A stretch of DNA of 64,000 bases from Bacteroidales bacterium (GTDB lineage: Bacteria > Bacteroidota > Bacteroidia > Bacteroidales > GCA-2748055): the NCBI GenBank assembly GCA_029210585.1, contig JARGFP010000006.1, forward strand, positions 88,322 to 152,321. Direction: 5' to 3'. A program made the translations under genes and the position numbers. Shown piece by piece: positions 1 through 10,200 of this stretch; positions within the stretch are counted from its first letter, which is position 1, and every line of letters starts with the position of its first letter. Below the pieces are notes generated by a model. That model worked only from the letters and a program-made list of their open reading frames with translations, did no database searches and was not told where the DNA came from.

Positions 1-1221
1 ATCATCAAGGGGAAAACACTGAAAGAACACCTGCGCTTTGCAGTGGCATACTGGCACACCTTCTGCAACACAGGTGATGACCCGTTCGGCCCGGGAACCG
101 TCACATTCCCCTGGAGCGAAGGAAAAGACGGCATCACCCGCGCCAAAAACAAACTGGATGCAGCATTCGAGTTCTTTACAAAGCTGGGTACTCCCTACTA
201 TTGTTTCCATGATATCGATATGGTCAGCGAAGGAAATTCAATTGCAGTGTACGAAAAGAACCTGCAGACCATGGTCGGGTTTGCCAGGGAGAAGCAGGAG
301 GCCTCCGGTGTGAAACTGCTGTGGGGAACTGCAAATGTGTTCTCAAATCCGCGTTATATGAACGGGGCCTCCACCAATCCTGACTTCAATGCCGTTGCTT
401 TTGCAGGAACACAGGTAAAAAACGCACTGGATGCCACCATCGCCCTGGGAGGTGAAAACTATGTTTTCTGGGGAGGACGCGAAGGCTACATGTCCTTGCT
501 GAATACCGACATGAAGCGCGAACTCGACCACCTGGCCCGTTTCCTGCACATGGCCAAAGACTATGCAAGAAAAAACGGGTTCACAGGTCCGTTCCTGATC
601 GAACCCAAACCCATGGAACCCACCAAGCATCAATACGACTACGATACCGCTACAGTGATAGGTTTCCTGAGGAAATATGGGCTTGACAAGGATTTCAAAC
701 TCAATATCGAGGTGAACCATGCCACGCTGGCCGGACATACTTTCCAGCATGAATTGCAGGTGGCAGCCGATAATGATCTTTTTTGCAGCATCGATGCCAA
801 CCGGGGTGATTACCAGAATGGATGGGATACCGACCAGTTCCCGATCAACCTCTACGAACTGATCGAGTCCATGATTGTCATCATCCAGGCAGGCGGATTT
901 ACTTCCGGGGGGGTCAATTTTGATGCGAAAACACGAAGAAACTCTACTGACCTGGAGGATATCTTCATTGCACATATTGCCGGGATGGATGCTTTTGCAA
1001 GGGCTTTCGAGATCACCCATGAGCTGCTCGATCATTCCAGGTTCCTCACGATGAGAAAAGAGCGATATGCCTCCTTTGACAGTGGAGCCGGGGCGAAATT
1101 CGAAAAGGGTGAACTGACACTGGAAGATCTTCACAGCCTGGCCCTTTCCAACGGAGAACCCACGATGACCAGCGGTAAACAGGAGCTCTACGAGTCAATC
1201 ATCAACCAGTACATACGATAA
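1..1221 (+). CDS. xylA: Xylose isomerase (class II), 5'-truncated by the window edge
   Basis: Frame is open from base 1 ([21 protein letters not shown]). Motifs FHDx[33 protein letters not shown] and GWDTDQF are present. Confidence 0.97.
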   Translation: MIKGKTLKEHLRFAVAYWHTFCNTGDDPFGPGTVTFPWSEGKDGITRAKNKLDAAFEFFTKLGTPYYCFHDIDMVSEGNSIAVYEKNLQTMVGFAREKQEASGVKLLWGTANVFSNPRYMNGASTNPDFNAVAFAGTQVKNALDATIALGGENYVFWGGREGYMSLLNTDMKRELDHLARFLHMAKDYARKNGFTGPFLIEPKPMEPTKHQYDYDTATVIGFLRKYGLDKDFKLNIEVNHATLAGHTFQHELQVAADNDLFCSIDANRGDYQNGWDTDQFPINLYELIESMIVIIQAGGFTSGGVNFDAKTRRNSTDLEDIFIAHIAGMDAFARAFEITHELLDHSRFLTMRKERYASFDSGAGAKFEKGELTLEDLHSLALSNGEPTMTSGKQELYESIINQYIR

Positions 1222-1488
1222 ACGCCTTCAATTACCTGCAGCCAATGTCCGTCACCTGCGATACTATCAATATCTTTTTCACATGAGCAGGTGGAGACAG
1301 TGCGGTTCAACATTCCATTTTCGCAACGGTCGCGGACATGATGACACAGGTACGTTGGTAACAGATAAACACTAACTACTACTACCGGGAAGGTCTGGCA
1401 GATCACTGCCGGACCTTCCTGCTTTTGACTGCTGCATTTCCTTGCGGATCATTGCATTTTCAGCTATATTTCGGAAAATTCATCAACC

Positions 1489-2502
1489 ATGGACAGCATC
1501 TTACAATTAAAACCAATTGGATTTCACTGGGAACTGTATGATCCTTTCATTTTTTGTGCACACCACAACGACCATTTTCCAAGGGGAAATGAACAACAGG
1601 GACCTGATCCCAGGCTACTGGATGGAAGGAACATCGGAAATGATTTTGTCGTCAAAGACGGTTTCCGCATGTATCACGGCTCCAGCGTCCCCGGGTTTCC
1701 GGTACACCCGCACCGGGGATTTGAGACCGTAACGATCACGCTGAAAGGACTGGTAGATCATTCAGACTCCCTGGGAGCATCGGGAAGGTATGGCAACGGT
1801 GATGTACAGTGGATGACCGCCGGCAAAGGGATACAACATTCCGAAATGTTTCCGTTGCTGCATTCCGACAGGGAAAACCCGCTCGAACTGCTCCAGGTAT
1901 GGATCAACCTGCCCGCCAGGAGCAAGTTTGTCGAACCTTACTATAAAATGCTCTGGAGCGAAGACATCCCGGTGATTGAGGTCAGCAACTCCTCGGGAAA
2001 AAAGGGCAAGTTACTGCTGATCGCCGGGGAATTCAACGGGGTCGCGGCGCTCTCTCCCACCCCCGATTCCTGGGCCGCGGATCCCGCGCACGAGGTGGGA
2101 ATCTGGATCGCGGAACTGGAACCGGGAGCAACAATCGAACTTCCTCCTGCAAAGGGAAATGTATCACGCGCGGTGTATTACTATTATGGCGACGGCATGA
2201 CCATCGGCGGACAGGAAATGCCCGGAAAACACCAGGCAAGGATGCAGGCCGGTCAGCCTGTGCAGGTGGTCAATGGCGATACAGCTTCAACATTCCTGGT
2301 GTTGCAGGGGAAACCCATTGCTGAACCCGTTGCACAGTATGGCCCATTTGTAATGAATACGCGGACCGAGATCCAGCAGGCCTACCAGGATTATACCCAA
2401 ACCAGTTTCGGCGGGTGGCCATGGGACCGCCAGGATCCGGTACATGGCAGCGAACCACGGAGATTTGCAAAATATATCGATGGTTCGGAAGAAAAGAAAT
2501 AA
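1489..2502 (+). CDS. Pirin family (bicupin) protein
   Basis: GFPVHPHRGFETVT, GDVQWMTAGKGIQHSE, QVWINLP, and C-terminal EPVAQYGPFVMN. Confidence 0.93.
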   Translation: MDSILQLKPIGFHWELYDPFIFCAHHNDHFPRGNEQQGPDPRLLDGRNIGNDFVVKDGFRMYHGSSVPGFPVHPHRGFETVTITLKGLVDHSDSLGASGRYGNGDVQWMTAGKGIQHSEMFPLLHSDRENPLELLQVWINLPARSKFVEPYYKMLWSEDIPVIEVSNSSGKKGKLLLIAGEFNGVAALSPTPDSWAADPAHEVGIWIAELEPGATIELPPAKGNVSRAVYYYYGDGMTIGGQEMPGKHQARMQAGQPVQVVNGDTASTFLVLQGKPIAEPVAQYGPFVMNTRTEIQQAYQDYTQTSFGGWPWDRQDPVHGSEPRRFAKYIDGSEEKK

Positions 2503-3314
2503 TGGTGCGATCAGATATCAACACCGACTGGCGTAAGGTTGCCGCAGCCATTTATAAAAAGCCGGCAGATGCAAAGATATTTGGTTCCGTTGAACTGGAT
2601 GTAACCGACCTTGAAGAATATGTGACACGCAAACGCAGGGAGGGATTGAAGATCACCCTGACGCACATTTTTACACTGATCGTCGCAAGAGGGATCAGGG
2701 AGGCTGTCCCGGAACTGAATTGTTACGTAAAACGCGGGAACATCGTGGAAAGAGAGCAGGTCGACGCCATGGTGAGCGTATTGCTTGCAGACGGTTCCAT
2801 GAGCTCGGTGAAAATCGAAAATGCCGACAGGCTCAGTCTTGCCCAGAGTGTGGATGCCATCAGCAATGGAATCAAAGCATCCCGGGGCGGCGATGAAAAC
2901 CGTACCATGAAAATGAAAGGGATCATGGGAAAGATTCCCTGGCCCATGCGCACCTGGATCTTCAACCTGATTAAATTCCTGACCATCAAATGGGGAATCT
3001 CACTGCCTGGACTGGGTCTCAGCGCCAATAATTTCGGTTCGTTCGTGATGACCAATATCGGCAGCATCGGCCTGGACACGGGATACCCGGCACTTTTTCC
3101 TATTTCAAATGTCTCCTTCGTATTCGTAATGGGCGGTATCGCGAAAAAACCAACCGTTGTGAAGGACCAAATCAAAATTCGCAGAATCATGACCATCTCC
3201 TCGGCAATGGATCACCGTACCGTTGACGCCATGCATGGGGGAAAACTATTCCGTTTCATCAAGCAACTGGTAAAAGAACCGGAATTGCTGGAAACCCCGC
3301 CTGCTGTTTCATGA
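2502..3314 (+). CDS. Stand-alone 2-oxoacid dehydrogenase E2 (acyltransferase) catalytic-domain protein
   Basis: GSFVMTNIGSIG and DHRTVDA (DHRxxDG-like) motifs, with no lipoyl domain. The ATG overlaps the pirin stop (TAATG at 2500-2504). Confidence 0.8.
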   Translation: MVRSDINTDWRKVAAAIYKKPADAKIFGSVELDVTDLEEYVTRKRREGLKITLTHIFTLIVARGIREAVPELNCYVKRGNIVEREQVDAMVSVLLADGSMSSVKIENADRLSLAQSVDAISNGIKASRGGDENRTMKMKGIMGKIPWPMRTWIFNLIKFLTIKWGISLPGLGLSANNFGSFVMTNIGSIGLDTGYPALFPISNVSFVFVMGGIAKKPTVVKDQIKIRRIMTISSAMDHRTVDAMHGGKLFRFIKQLVKEPELLETPPAVS

Positions 3315-3318
3315 ATTA

Positions 3319-6300
3319 TTACTCATTTCGCAACGCAACGCTTAACGACCTTCCCCGCAGGGCAATACCCGCCATCAAACGTGTCCAGAAAAGTCCATTG
3401 ACCACCAATATCGCCAGGATGAGCAGGACAAACCTGATGGATATGCCGGTGTGCGCGCTTAAGAATGCCGGCAGTGTGGCAAGTATGGCAGCAATGGCGC
3501 CAATAAGGATACCAATAAACAACAACACGGCATACTCCCGGAATACCAGGATCCTGATCTGTTGCATACTGTATCCCACGGAACGGAGCAGTGCAAGCTC
3601 ATTCCTGCGTTCCATGGTACTTCTGAAAAGCACGATGGATAACCCGACAGTGCCCAGTAATAAGCCCAGTGCCCCCATCACCAGGAAAATAGACAGGTAC
3701 GTATTGGTCACGGAATAGAATTCAGCCAGCCGCTGCCCTGTAAATGTCATGGTCCATCCATAATCCCGCATGGACCGGTTCAGCTCCTCACTGATTGTTG
3801 CGGTATCAGCAAGCGGACCATCGACCAGGAATACACCTGTTCCGCTGCTTGAAGGAAAGTTGTTGATGAATTGCTTTTCAGATATGATGACGTTTCCCTG
3901 GAAAATGGAAGGCGCCAGTCCTCCCACGAGCAATAACTTCAGCCGCTCACCCGCAGCATTCTGGTAAAAGAGGGTATCTCCGACCGACATGCCCAGTCCC
4001 CATTTGATCACGGTTTCATCGGCAATCGCAGGAATGACCCCACCGGGCAGTTTTTCATCCAGGGTGAGCCAGGGCTGTTGTGCATCCAGCAGGTCAATGG
4101 ACGTGACAAAGCTGAACCTGCCGGAAAGCTGCGCCGGATCCGTCGCCAGGATTCGTGGGTTCATGACACGGTTCAGATTCAGGCAGGAGGCATCATCACC
4201 TTCGGCAATTCGCATCTGCACAAAACGATAGGTATCGCCCAGTCCCAGTGAATACCGCACATCCGCGTCATTCAGGTTTTGCAATACAGGGGTTGTCGAC
4301 TCCGCATAAAAAAGAAATCCCCCGGTACCGCTCCCACGATCATCCGCATTGACAAACATGTCTTTGCGGTTGCTACCGGTTGAGATTACAAGGAATGTAC
4401 CCAGCGCAAAGAGCACCAGGATCGAGATGCTTCTTGTGGCATTCCGGATGGCATTCTTCATGCTGAGCCGTGGAAGATCAAAGGCAGTGTTTCGTCCATG
4501 CCGCAACCGGACCAGGTAGCCGTATGAGAGAAGGAGTCCTGACAACAGGAACAGTCCGCCGGAAATAAAAAAAGTGGCTGGATCATGCACGTCATTTCCC
4601 ATGAATTGCATTGCTACAAGTACCAACGCTGCCACAAGCAGCATAAGCCCGGCAGGAAATGAAAGCCTGCCGGCCCGGCTATTTTTACCGGGAATTGCAG
4701 TGTGCTGTGCTGCAGGACGTTTCAGAAACCGTCCCAGCGGAATATAGATGGACAGGAATGCCACGGCCAGGGAAACCACCAAGCCTGTCAGTAATGTCAG
4801 CACACGCACATCGACCACCAGCATTTCTGTACGCACAATATCCATCCAGATCGTATTGAGCGCACGAAAGATCAATTTATTATACAGCACCGAGAGCAGG
4901 ATCCCGAACAGCGCCCCGACAAGGGCTACGGTCATTCCTTCTGCCACCAGCATCCACCGGATGGTTTTGAAAGGTATTCCCATGGAACGCAGTGTTGCCA
5001 CCTGTCCTCCCCGTTCTTCCAAATTCAGCAGGAAGAGCAGGGCACTCAGCAGGATTGCGCCAAGCAGCAGAAAAAAAGAGAGTCCTGCAAACAACTGGCT
5101 GAAATCCACACCATTGCCAGCCGCAAAATCAGCTTCGACCCGTACGGGAGCCACCTCAAATCCCAGGTCGCCCGGATTGATCGCATCCAGGATCTTACGC
5201 TCCAGGACACCATCTTCGGCCGCTTCGGAAGGAACCCTGAAAGCGGTATAGGTACCAAACCTGTTGGTCCACATCTCCCTGGCTGATTCCATGGAAATAA
5301 ACGCCTTTGGCGTACCTTTGTACCTGGTCCAGTAGTCTTCGTCCTTGTCCCTGATGCTTTCCAGGTCCACCGGCACCCCGGTTTCCCAGTCACGGCAGTT
5401 CCCTGCGGTGGACAATCCCGGAATTTCAGGCATCATCTGCCTGTCACCCGGACCATCTTCTACCGGCACCACACCTGTTACGAGAAAAGTGGAGGATCTG
5501 ACAGCGAGTTCGCGGAGTGGTCCCATGACAAAGTATTCCACAACGACCGAATCGCCCGGACCGGCGTTAAGGTCATCGGCCAGCCACTGGTTGATCAGCA
5601 TCTCATCGCTTCCAATATCCTGATCCGTGATACCCGTTACAAAGGAATAGGGCGTGGACCGTTCTTCCGTCGAAAGCGCATTCACAAAATAAGTGATCAC
5701 CGGCTGCGCCCCGGGCACATTTTTCATGATGGCATCTGCAATGGCGTCATCAATAAACACCCTGTCACTGATGATCTCCACTTCGGACCTGCCTGGTATA
5801 GTGCGCAGGTTCAGTCCGGCATCCTGGAGCGACCAGTGTGCACTGACCGCATTCATCACCTGTTCCTGGTCGTATGCATCACCTGAAAACAGCAAAATAT
5901 TGGCCTTTTCCCCGATCTCCATGATCTCCCTCAGCCAGCCGGCATTGATAAAAATATTGTAGGGAGCTGTCTGCGAATGACGCAGGTTGAATGCGCCCAG
6001 CGCATCGGTTGCAGCGATGCTTTTCACCCTTGCCCTGACCGTCACGATATTGTCTGCATCAGATACAAAAGGGGCATTCAGTGGGATCAGGGATGCGCGG
6101 GTCATCCTGATCAGCAATTCATCCCCCGCTTCCAATTCCAGCCGGTCGGCAATATTGCTGCTGATAATGATTTCATCCTCATCAAGTTGTCCGTACATGT
6201 CCCCGGTTCCTGCCATCCGGTCGAACGTACTGTCGACACCCAGGATACGAACATCATTGAGTCTGTACCTGCCCCCGGCAGCGATTGCTGATCCATCGGT

Positions 6301-6567
6301 CCGCAACACGGCAGCGGTGGAAAGTTCTGCTCCTGCCGCAAGATTCGTTGCCAGGCCTGTGGTAAAATACCGGTCGCCAGAACGCATGGCCAGGTCAATT
6401 GCACCAAGCCGTTTGTCAACGATCGACGAAAGGCTGTAGTTGACAGAATCGCCAACGATCAGCGCACCTGTCAGCACAGCGGTACTGACCGCAATCCCGA
6501 GCGCGAGCCAGATATGCCGTTTCCAGAAATACCTGAGACTTTGTATGATCAGTTGTACCGGTCTCAT
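3319..6567 (-). CDS. Large FtsX/MacB-family ABC transporter permease (two repeats)
   Basis: 1082 aa with two MacB-like repeats (TM, large periplasmic domain, 3 TM). ERxxxxATLRSMG and ERRNELALLRSVG motifs. Confidence 0.88.
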   Translation of the reverse strand: MRPVQLIIQSLRYFWKRHIWLALGIAVSTAVLTGALIVGDSVNYSLSSIVDKRLGAIDLAMRSGDRYFTTGLATNLAAGAELSTAAVLRTDGSAIAAGGRYRLNDVRILGVDSTFDRMAGTGDMYGQLDEDEIIISSNIADRLELEAGDELLIRMTRASLIPLNAPFVSDADNIVTVRARVKSIAATDALGAFNLRHSQTAPYNIFINAGWLREIMEIGEKANILLFSGDAYDQEQVMNAVSAHWSLQDAGLNLRTIPGRSEVEIISDRVFIDDAIADAIMKNVPGAQPVITYFVNALSTEERSTPYSFVTGITDQDIGSDEMLINQWLADDLNAGPGDSVVVEYFVMGPLRELAVRSSTFLVTGVVPVEDGPGDRQMMPEIPGLSTAGNCRDWETGVPVDLESIRDKDEDYWTRYKGTPKAFISMESAREMWTNRFGTYTAFRVPSEAAEDGVLERKILDAINPGDLGFEVAPVRVEADFAAGNGVDFSQLFAGLSFFLLLGAILLSALLFLLNLEERGGQVATLRSMGIPFKTIRWMLVAEGMTVALVGALFGILLSVLYNKLIFRALNTIWMDIVRTEMLVVDVRVLTLLTGLVVSLAVAFLSIYIPLGRFLKRPAAQHTAIPGKNSRAGRLSFPAGLMLLVAALVLVAMQFMGNDVHDPATFFISGGLFLLSGLLLSYGYLVRLRHGRNTAFDLPRLSMKNAIRNATRSISILVLFALGTFLVISTGSNRKDMFVNADDRGSGTGGFLFYAESTTPVLQNLNDADVRYSLGLGDTYRFVQMRIAEGDDASCLNLNRVMNPRILATDPAQLSGRFSFVTSIDLLDAQQPWLTLDEKLPGGVIPAIADETVIKWGLGMSVGDTLFYQNAAGERLKLLLVGGLAPSIFQGNVIISEKQFINNFPSSSGTGVFLVDGPLADTATISEELNRSMRDYGWTMTFTGQRLAEFYSVTNTYLSIFLVMGALGLLLGTVGLSIVLFRSTMERRNELALLRSVGYSMQQIRILVFREYAVLLFIGILIGAIAAILATLPAFLSAHTGISIRFVLLILAILVVNGLFWTRLMAGIALRGRSLSVALRNE

Positions 6568-7241
6568 TGCCTGTGCAGTTTTCCTTCGTCCAGCTGGTAC
6601 ACTGTATCCATCCCGGCAGCCAGGGCATCAGAATGGGTCACCAGCACCAGTGCAGCGCCTTCCTCCTCTTTCATCTGCAACAGGAGGTCGGTCAAGCGTC
6701 CCACGTTTTTCTTGTCCAGTGCCCCGGTGGGCTCATCGGCAAGCAGCAGCGACGGACGGTTGATCATGGCCCGTACCACAGCCACCCGCTGGCATTCCCC
6801 ACCGGACAACTGACCCGGTAGTTTGTTCACATGACTGGTCATTCCAACCTTTTCGAGGAGGGATGCCGCATATGCCTTTTTCTCATCCGCATCTTTCCTG
6901 TTCATCAGTGTCGGCACCAGCACATTTTCAAGTACCGTACATTGCGGCAGCAGGTGATGAAACTGGAACACGAAACCAATCTCCTGGTTACGGAAATGGT
7001 CGAGTTCATCACCGGAATATGCGGTGATGTCACGGTCGCGATACGTGTAGCTCCCCGAATCGGGAAGGTCCAGTGTCCCCAGTATATTCAACAGTGTACT
7101 TTTCCCTGATCCGGACGGTCCAAGGATAGCTAGTGTGGCACCGGCAGACACCTCAAGTGACAGGGATGTCAGCACCGGATGATGATCTGCTTCGCCCGGA
7201 GTTCCGTATGACTTATGGATGTTTTCTAATTTCAGCAGCAT
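6564..7241 (-). CDS. ABC transporter ATP-binding protein (LolD/MacB-type)
   Basis: Walker A GPSGSGKST, GFVFQFHHLL, LSGGECQR, LLADEPTGALD. ATGA overlap with the permease. Confidence 0.95.
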   Translation of the reverse strand: MLLKLENIHKSYGTPGEADHHPVLTSLSLEVSAGATLAILGPSGSGKSTLLNILGTLDLPDSGSYTYRDRDITAYSGDELDHFRNQEIGFVFQFHHLLPQCTVLENVLVPTLMNRKDADEKKAYAASLLEKVGMTSHVNKLPGQLSGGECQRVAVVRAMINRPSLLLADEPTGALDKKNVGRLTDLLLQMKEEEGAALVLVTHSDALAAGMDTVYQLDEGKLHRQ

Positions 7242-7283
7242 AAATAAAAGATTAGCATGCTAAGATAATGAATTATAATTCAT

Positions 7284-10200
7284 TCAGATCACAACCAGGG
7301 TACCCCTGAACACCCTGTCCGCAATTGATATACGCATGAGGCAGGCACCCGGGTCCACCAGGAGTTCCAGCACTTCCAGCTGCTGATACAGGATCCCCTG
7401 TTGAAGTACCTTCCCTGAAAGATCGGTGATGGCATACCTCGCACGGGACCTTTCTTCCGGCAGTCTGATATAAATGTGATGATCTGTAACAGGGTTTGGA
7501 TACATCTCCAGTCCCCCCGCAGTAAAATCCACCACATGGTCTGGCGCACCATCCTGTTCCACGGTGATTTGGTGTGTGCCGTCGCAGTGCACTACGGAAA
7601 CTGTGGCTGTTCTTGGTGCAACAGAAACGTTTGCAGCTACGTCGATGTAGACAGTATCTGCCCCGTCACTGAGCCAGGGGGTAACGAAAGCAACATCAGC
7701 AGCCACTTCCAGTGTGTGGTTCGAGGATACCACACTGGCCAAAAGCTGTGCATGGTGACCGATGCGCAGCGTATCTGCACCGATCATGAAAACACAGGGG
7801 CCCGCTTCCTGCGCGATGCTCACCCGGATAGAAGTGTTGCAACCGGCCACTTCGAAGGAGCCGTTCCTGGTATCCAGTGTTTCATTTTCATCAACAGCAA
7901 CCAGCAGGGTATCTTCGTGCACTTCCACTGAAAAAAAACTACCTGAAAGGGTACGCAGGAAAAATCCATCTGCAGCGGTTACGATCAATTGCTGTTCTGA
8001 AGCCGTGGCATCAAAATCGAGCTGTTGCACCGATACGGAAAGATCACATGAAGTGATGGATTCCAGGGCACCGGCATCACGCGATCCTTCAGGGGCATTC
8101 CCCCGCATATCGAACAGGAATGGACCGCTGGTCTGCCATTTATAGATTTCATCTGCCGTGGTTCTTGCTTCATAGAGTGCGCCCCTGGAGATCCTCAGGA
8201 AATCGATGGCTCCATGAAAAAATGCTCCCTGTATGGTACGGCCTACCAACAGATCTGCAGTGTTGGCGAGGGAAACATCCGTTGCGGGCATCGTGCCGCT
8301 GACTTCCCCTGGCGACTTCACACCGTCAATGAAAATACTGATCCCGCCATTGCGGTCCACCTCTGCAAGAATATGGTGCCAGGCCGTATCACTGACGGCC
8401 ACTGCACTGTGCTGGCGAATGATTGGTGTTCCGTTTTCATAAAGTGTCATTACCACCTTTCCCGAGCCATCAATTGCCAGTGCATATCCCGCATTCCCAT
8501 TATATTTCGTTACAAGTGCACCATTTGTATGACCTTCCGCCGTTTTGACATAGGTTTCAACAATAAAACTGTTCAAATCCATGTCCACGTTATTGCTTTT
8601 CACGCTGTTAGACGCAACTTGATCCAGCACGCAATATACCGATGCTCCGTCGAATTGCAGTGCTCCATGCGTCCAGTCCTCCAGGTCCCCCATGATGTAA
8701 CTCTCCGCCGTTACATTCACTGCAGCAAGATGGTTTTTAGGTATATCCTTGTAGGTGATCCTGTCGCTGAAATCCTCGGTCATATAAAAGTTATCTCCCC
8801 TGACCAGCCCCGGATCGGCCGGATGAAGATAGAAATTCCATTCACCCACTACCTTTGACAGCGGAAATGCGGTAAAGAATTTCACTCCCTTCTCCCCTGC
8901 CCCGCCGTCAGGAAGCAGCCTGAAATCAAACGCCCCTGCATTCGGGACCAGCTCCTGTGTCGCATTTACGCCTGTTGATGACAGTTCGGCATTGTATCCT
9001 TCCAGCTTCGTCCTGAACTGTTCCAGGTCCAGCTGATTGCCCAGGTTTTCCAGGCTGCCGTTGAAATCCATTCCACTGGCGAAATTGTGTCCATAGGCAT
9101 CAAAGGGAATGTATCCGGGTGCTATCTCGTGGCGAAAAAACGTGTGGATATCCTCTGCAACATTTGCAAGATACACATTGTGGCCATTCAGTGCCAGGTC
9201 ACCTTTCCACGCATTGAAGAATGTTTTCGTATTGTACCCCGTATTATGCACATACATATTGTAAAATCCAAGCACCTGCATCACGGAGGCCGAATTCCTG
9301 TTGTGTGCCACTCCCGAAGCAATGTTGTTGAAAACAATATGCTTAAAGGAACCGTCAAAATAGTAGGCATACCCGATGGACTGTTTGAGGTAGTGTTTGT
9401 AGCCCATCGCATTGTGGGAATAATTATTGTAGCAGAAAGTCGGTCCTCCCTGCCAGCTTTCTATTCCGCCGTAATCATTGGTGCCTATCAGCGTATTGGC
9501 AGCCTTGTTCTGGTGGATGAATCCCCTGACGAACGGCACATGGGCATCACTCCCGCTTCCTTTTCCCCAGAACATATCGATCCCGTTTCCGAAGGAATAA
9601 TTGACAATATTGCCAGCCACTTCGCCGTAGTTCATCTGGCCATAGATTGCCGGGATGGAACCATACCAGCGGCCCTGGTGACGAAAACCATTCTTAAAAA
9701 TATTGTTGCGAAGAATATTGATATCGTCCATGTAGGCATCACCCGATGCTGCAAAGATGATGGCATGATCACCGGTTTCCAGGAAATCATTATCACTGAC
9801 CGTAATGCCCTGGCTGTTGACAGCCGATGAACCCGTATTGTTCATGGATACTCCCCCATTCACATAAAGGAACCTGTTGTTCTGAATGCGTATGTTGCTG
9901 CAGATTCCCGACATCCTGATCACCGATTTGGCGTCGGTATTACTATAGCGGACGCTGTGCTCTGTTGTGATCCCGAATGTGATCCCGCTGATCCCGATGT
10001 TGTGCCTGTTATCGATCCGGATCAACTGGGTCCGGTTTGCTGCTTCAATGACCGTGGTATTGGGATCTCTTTCGCCCTGCAGTCTGACAAACAAACGGCG
10101 GGCACTTTTATCATAGTAGAATTCATTCACCGTGTCGAGCAGAAAGGGCGTGTTCTCAATGAAATAGTGTGATCCCACACCCCCGAAGTTTGCATCATCC

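Noticed and set aside
343-1134. Long antisense ORFs (e.g. 343-1134, 18154-19107, 31078-31806, 42907-43722, 52017-52922)
   Set aside because: They are shadows of well-supported genes on the opposite strand and show no recognisable motifs.
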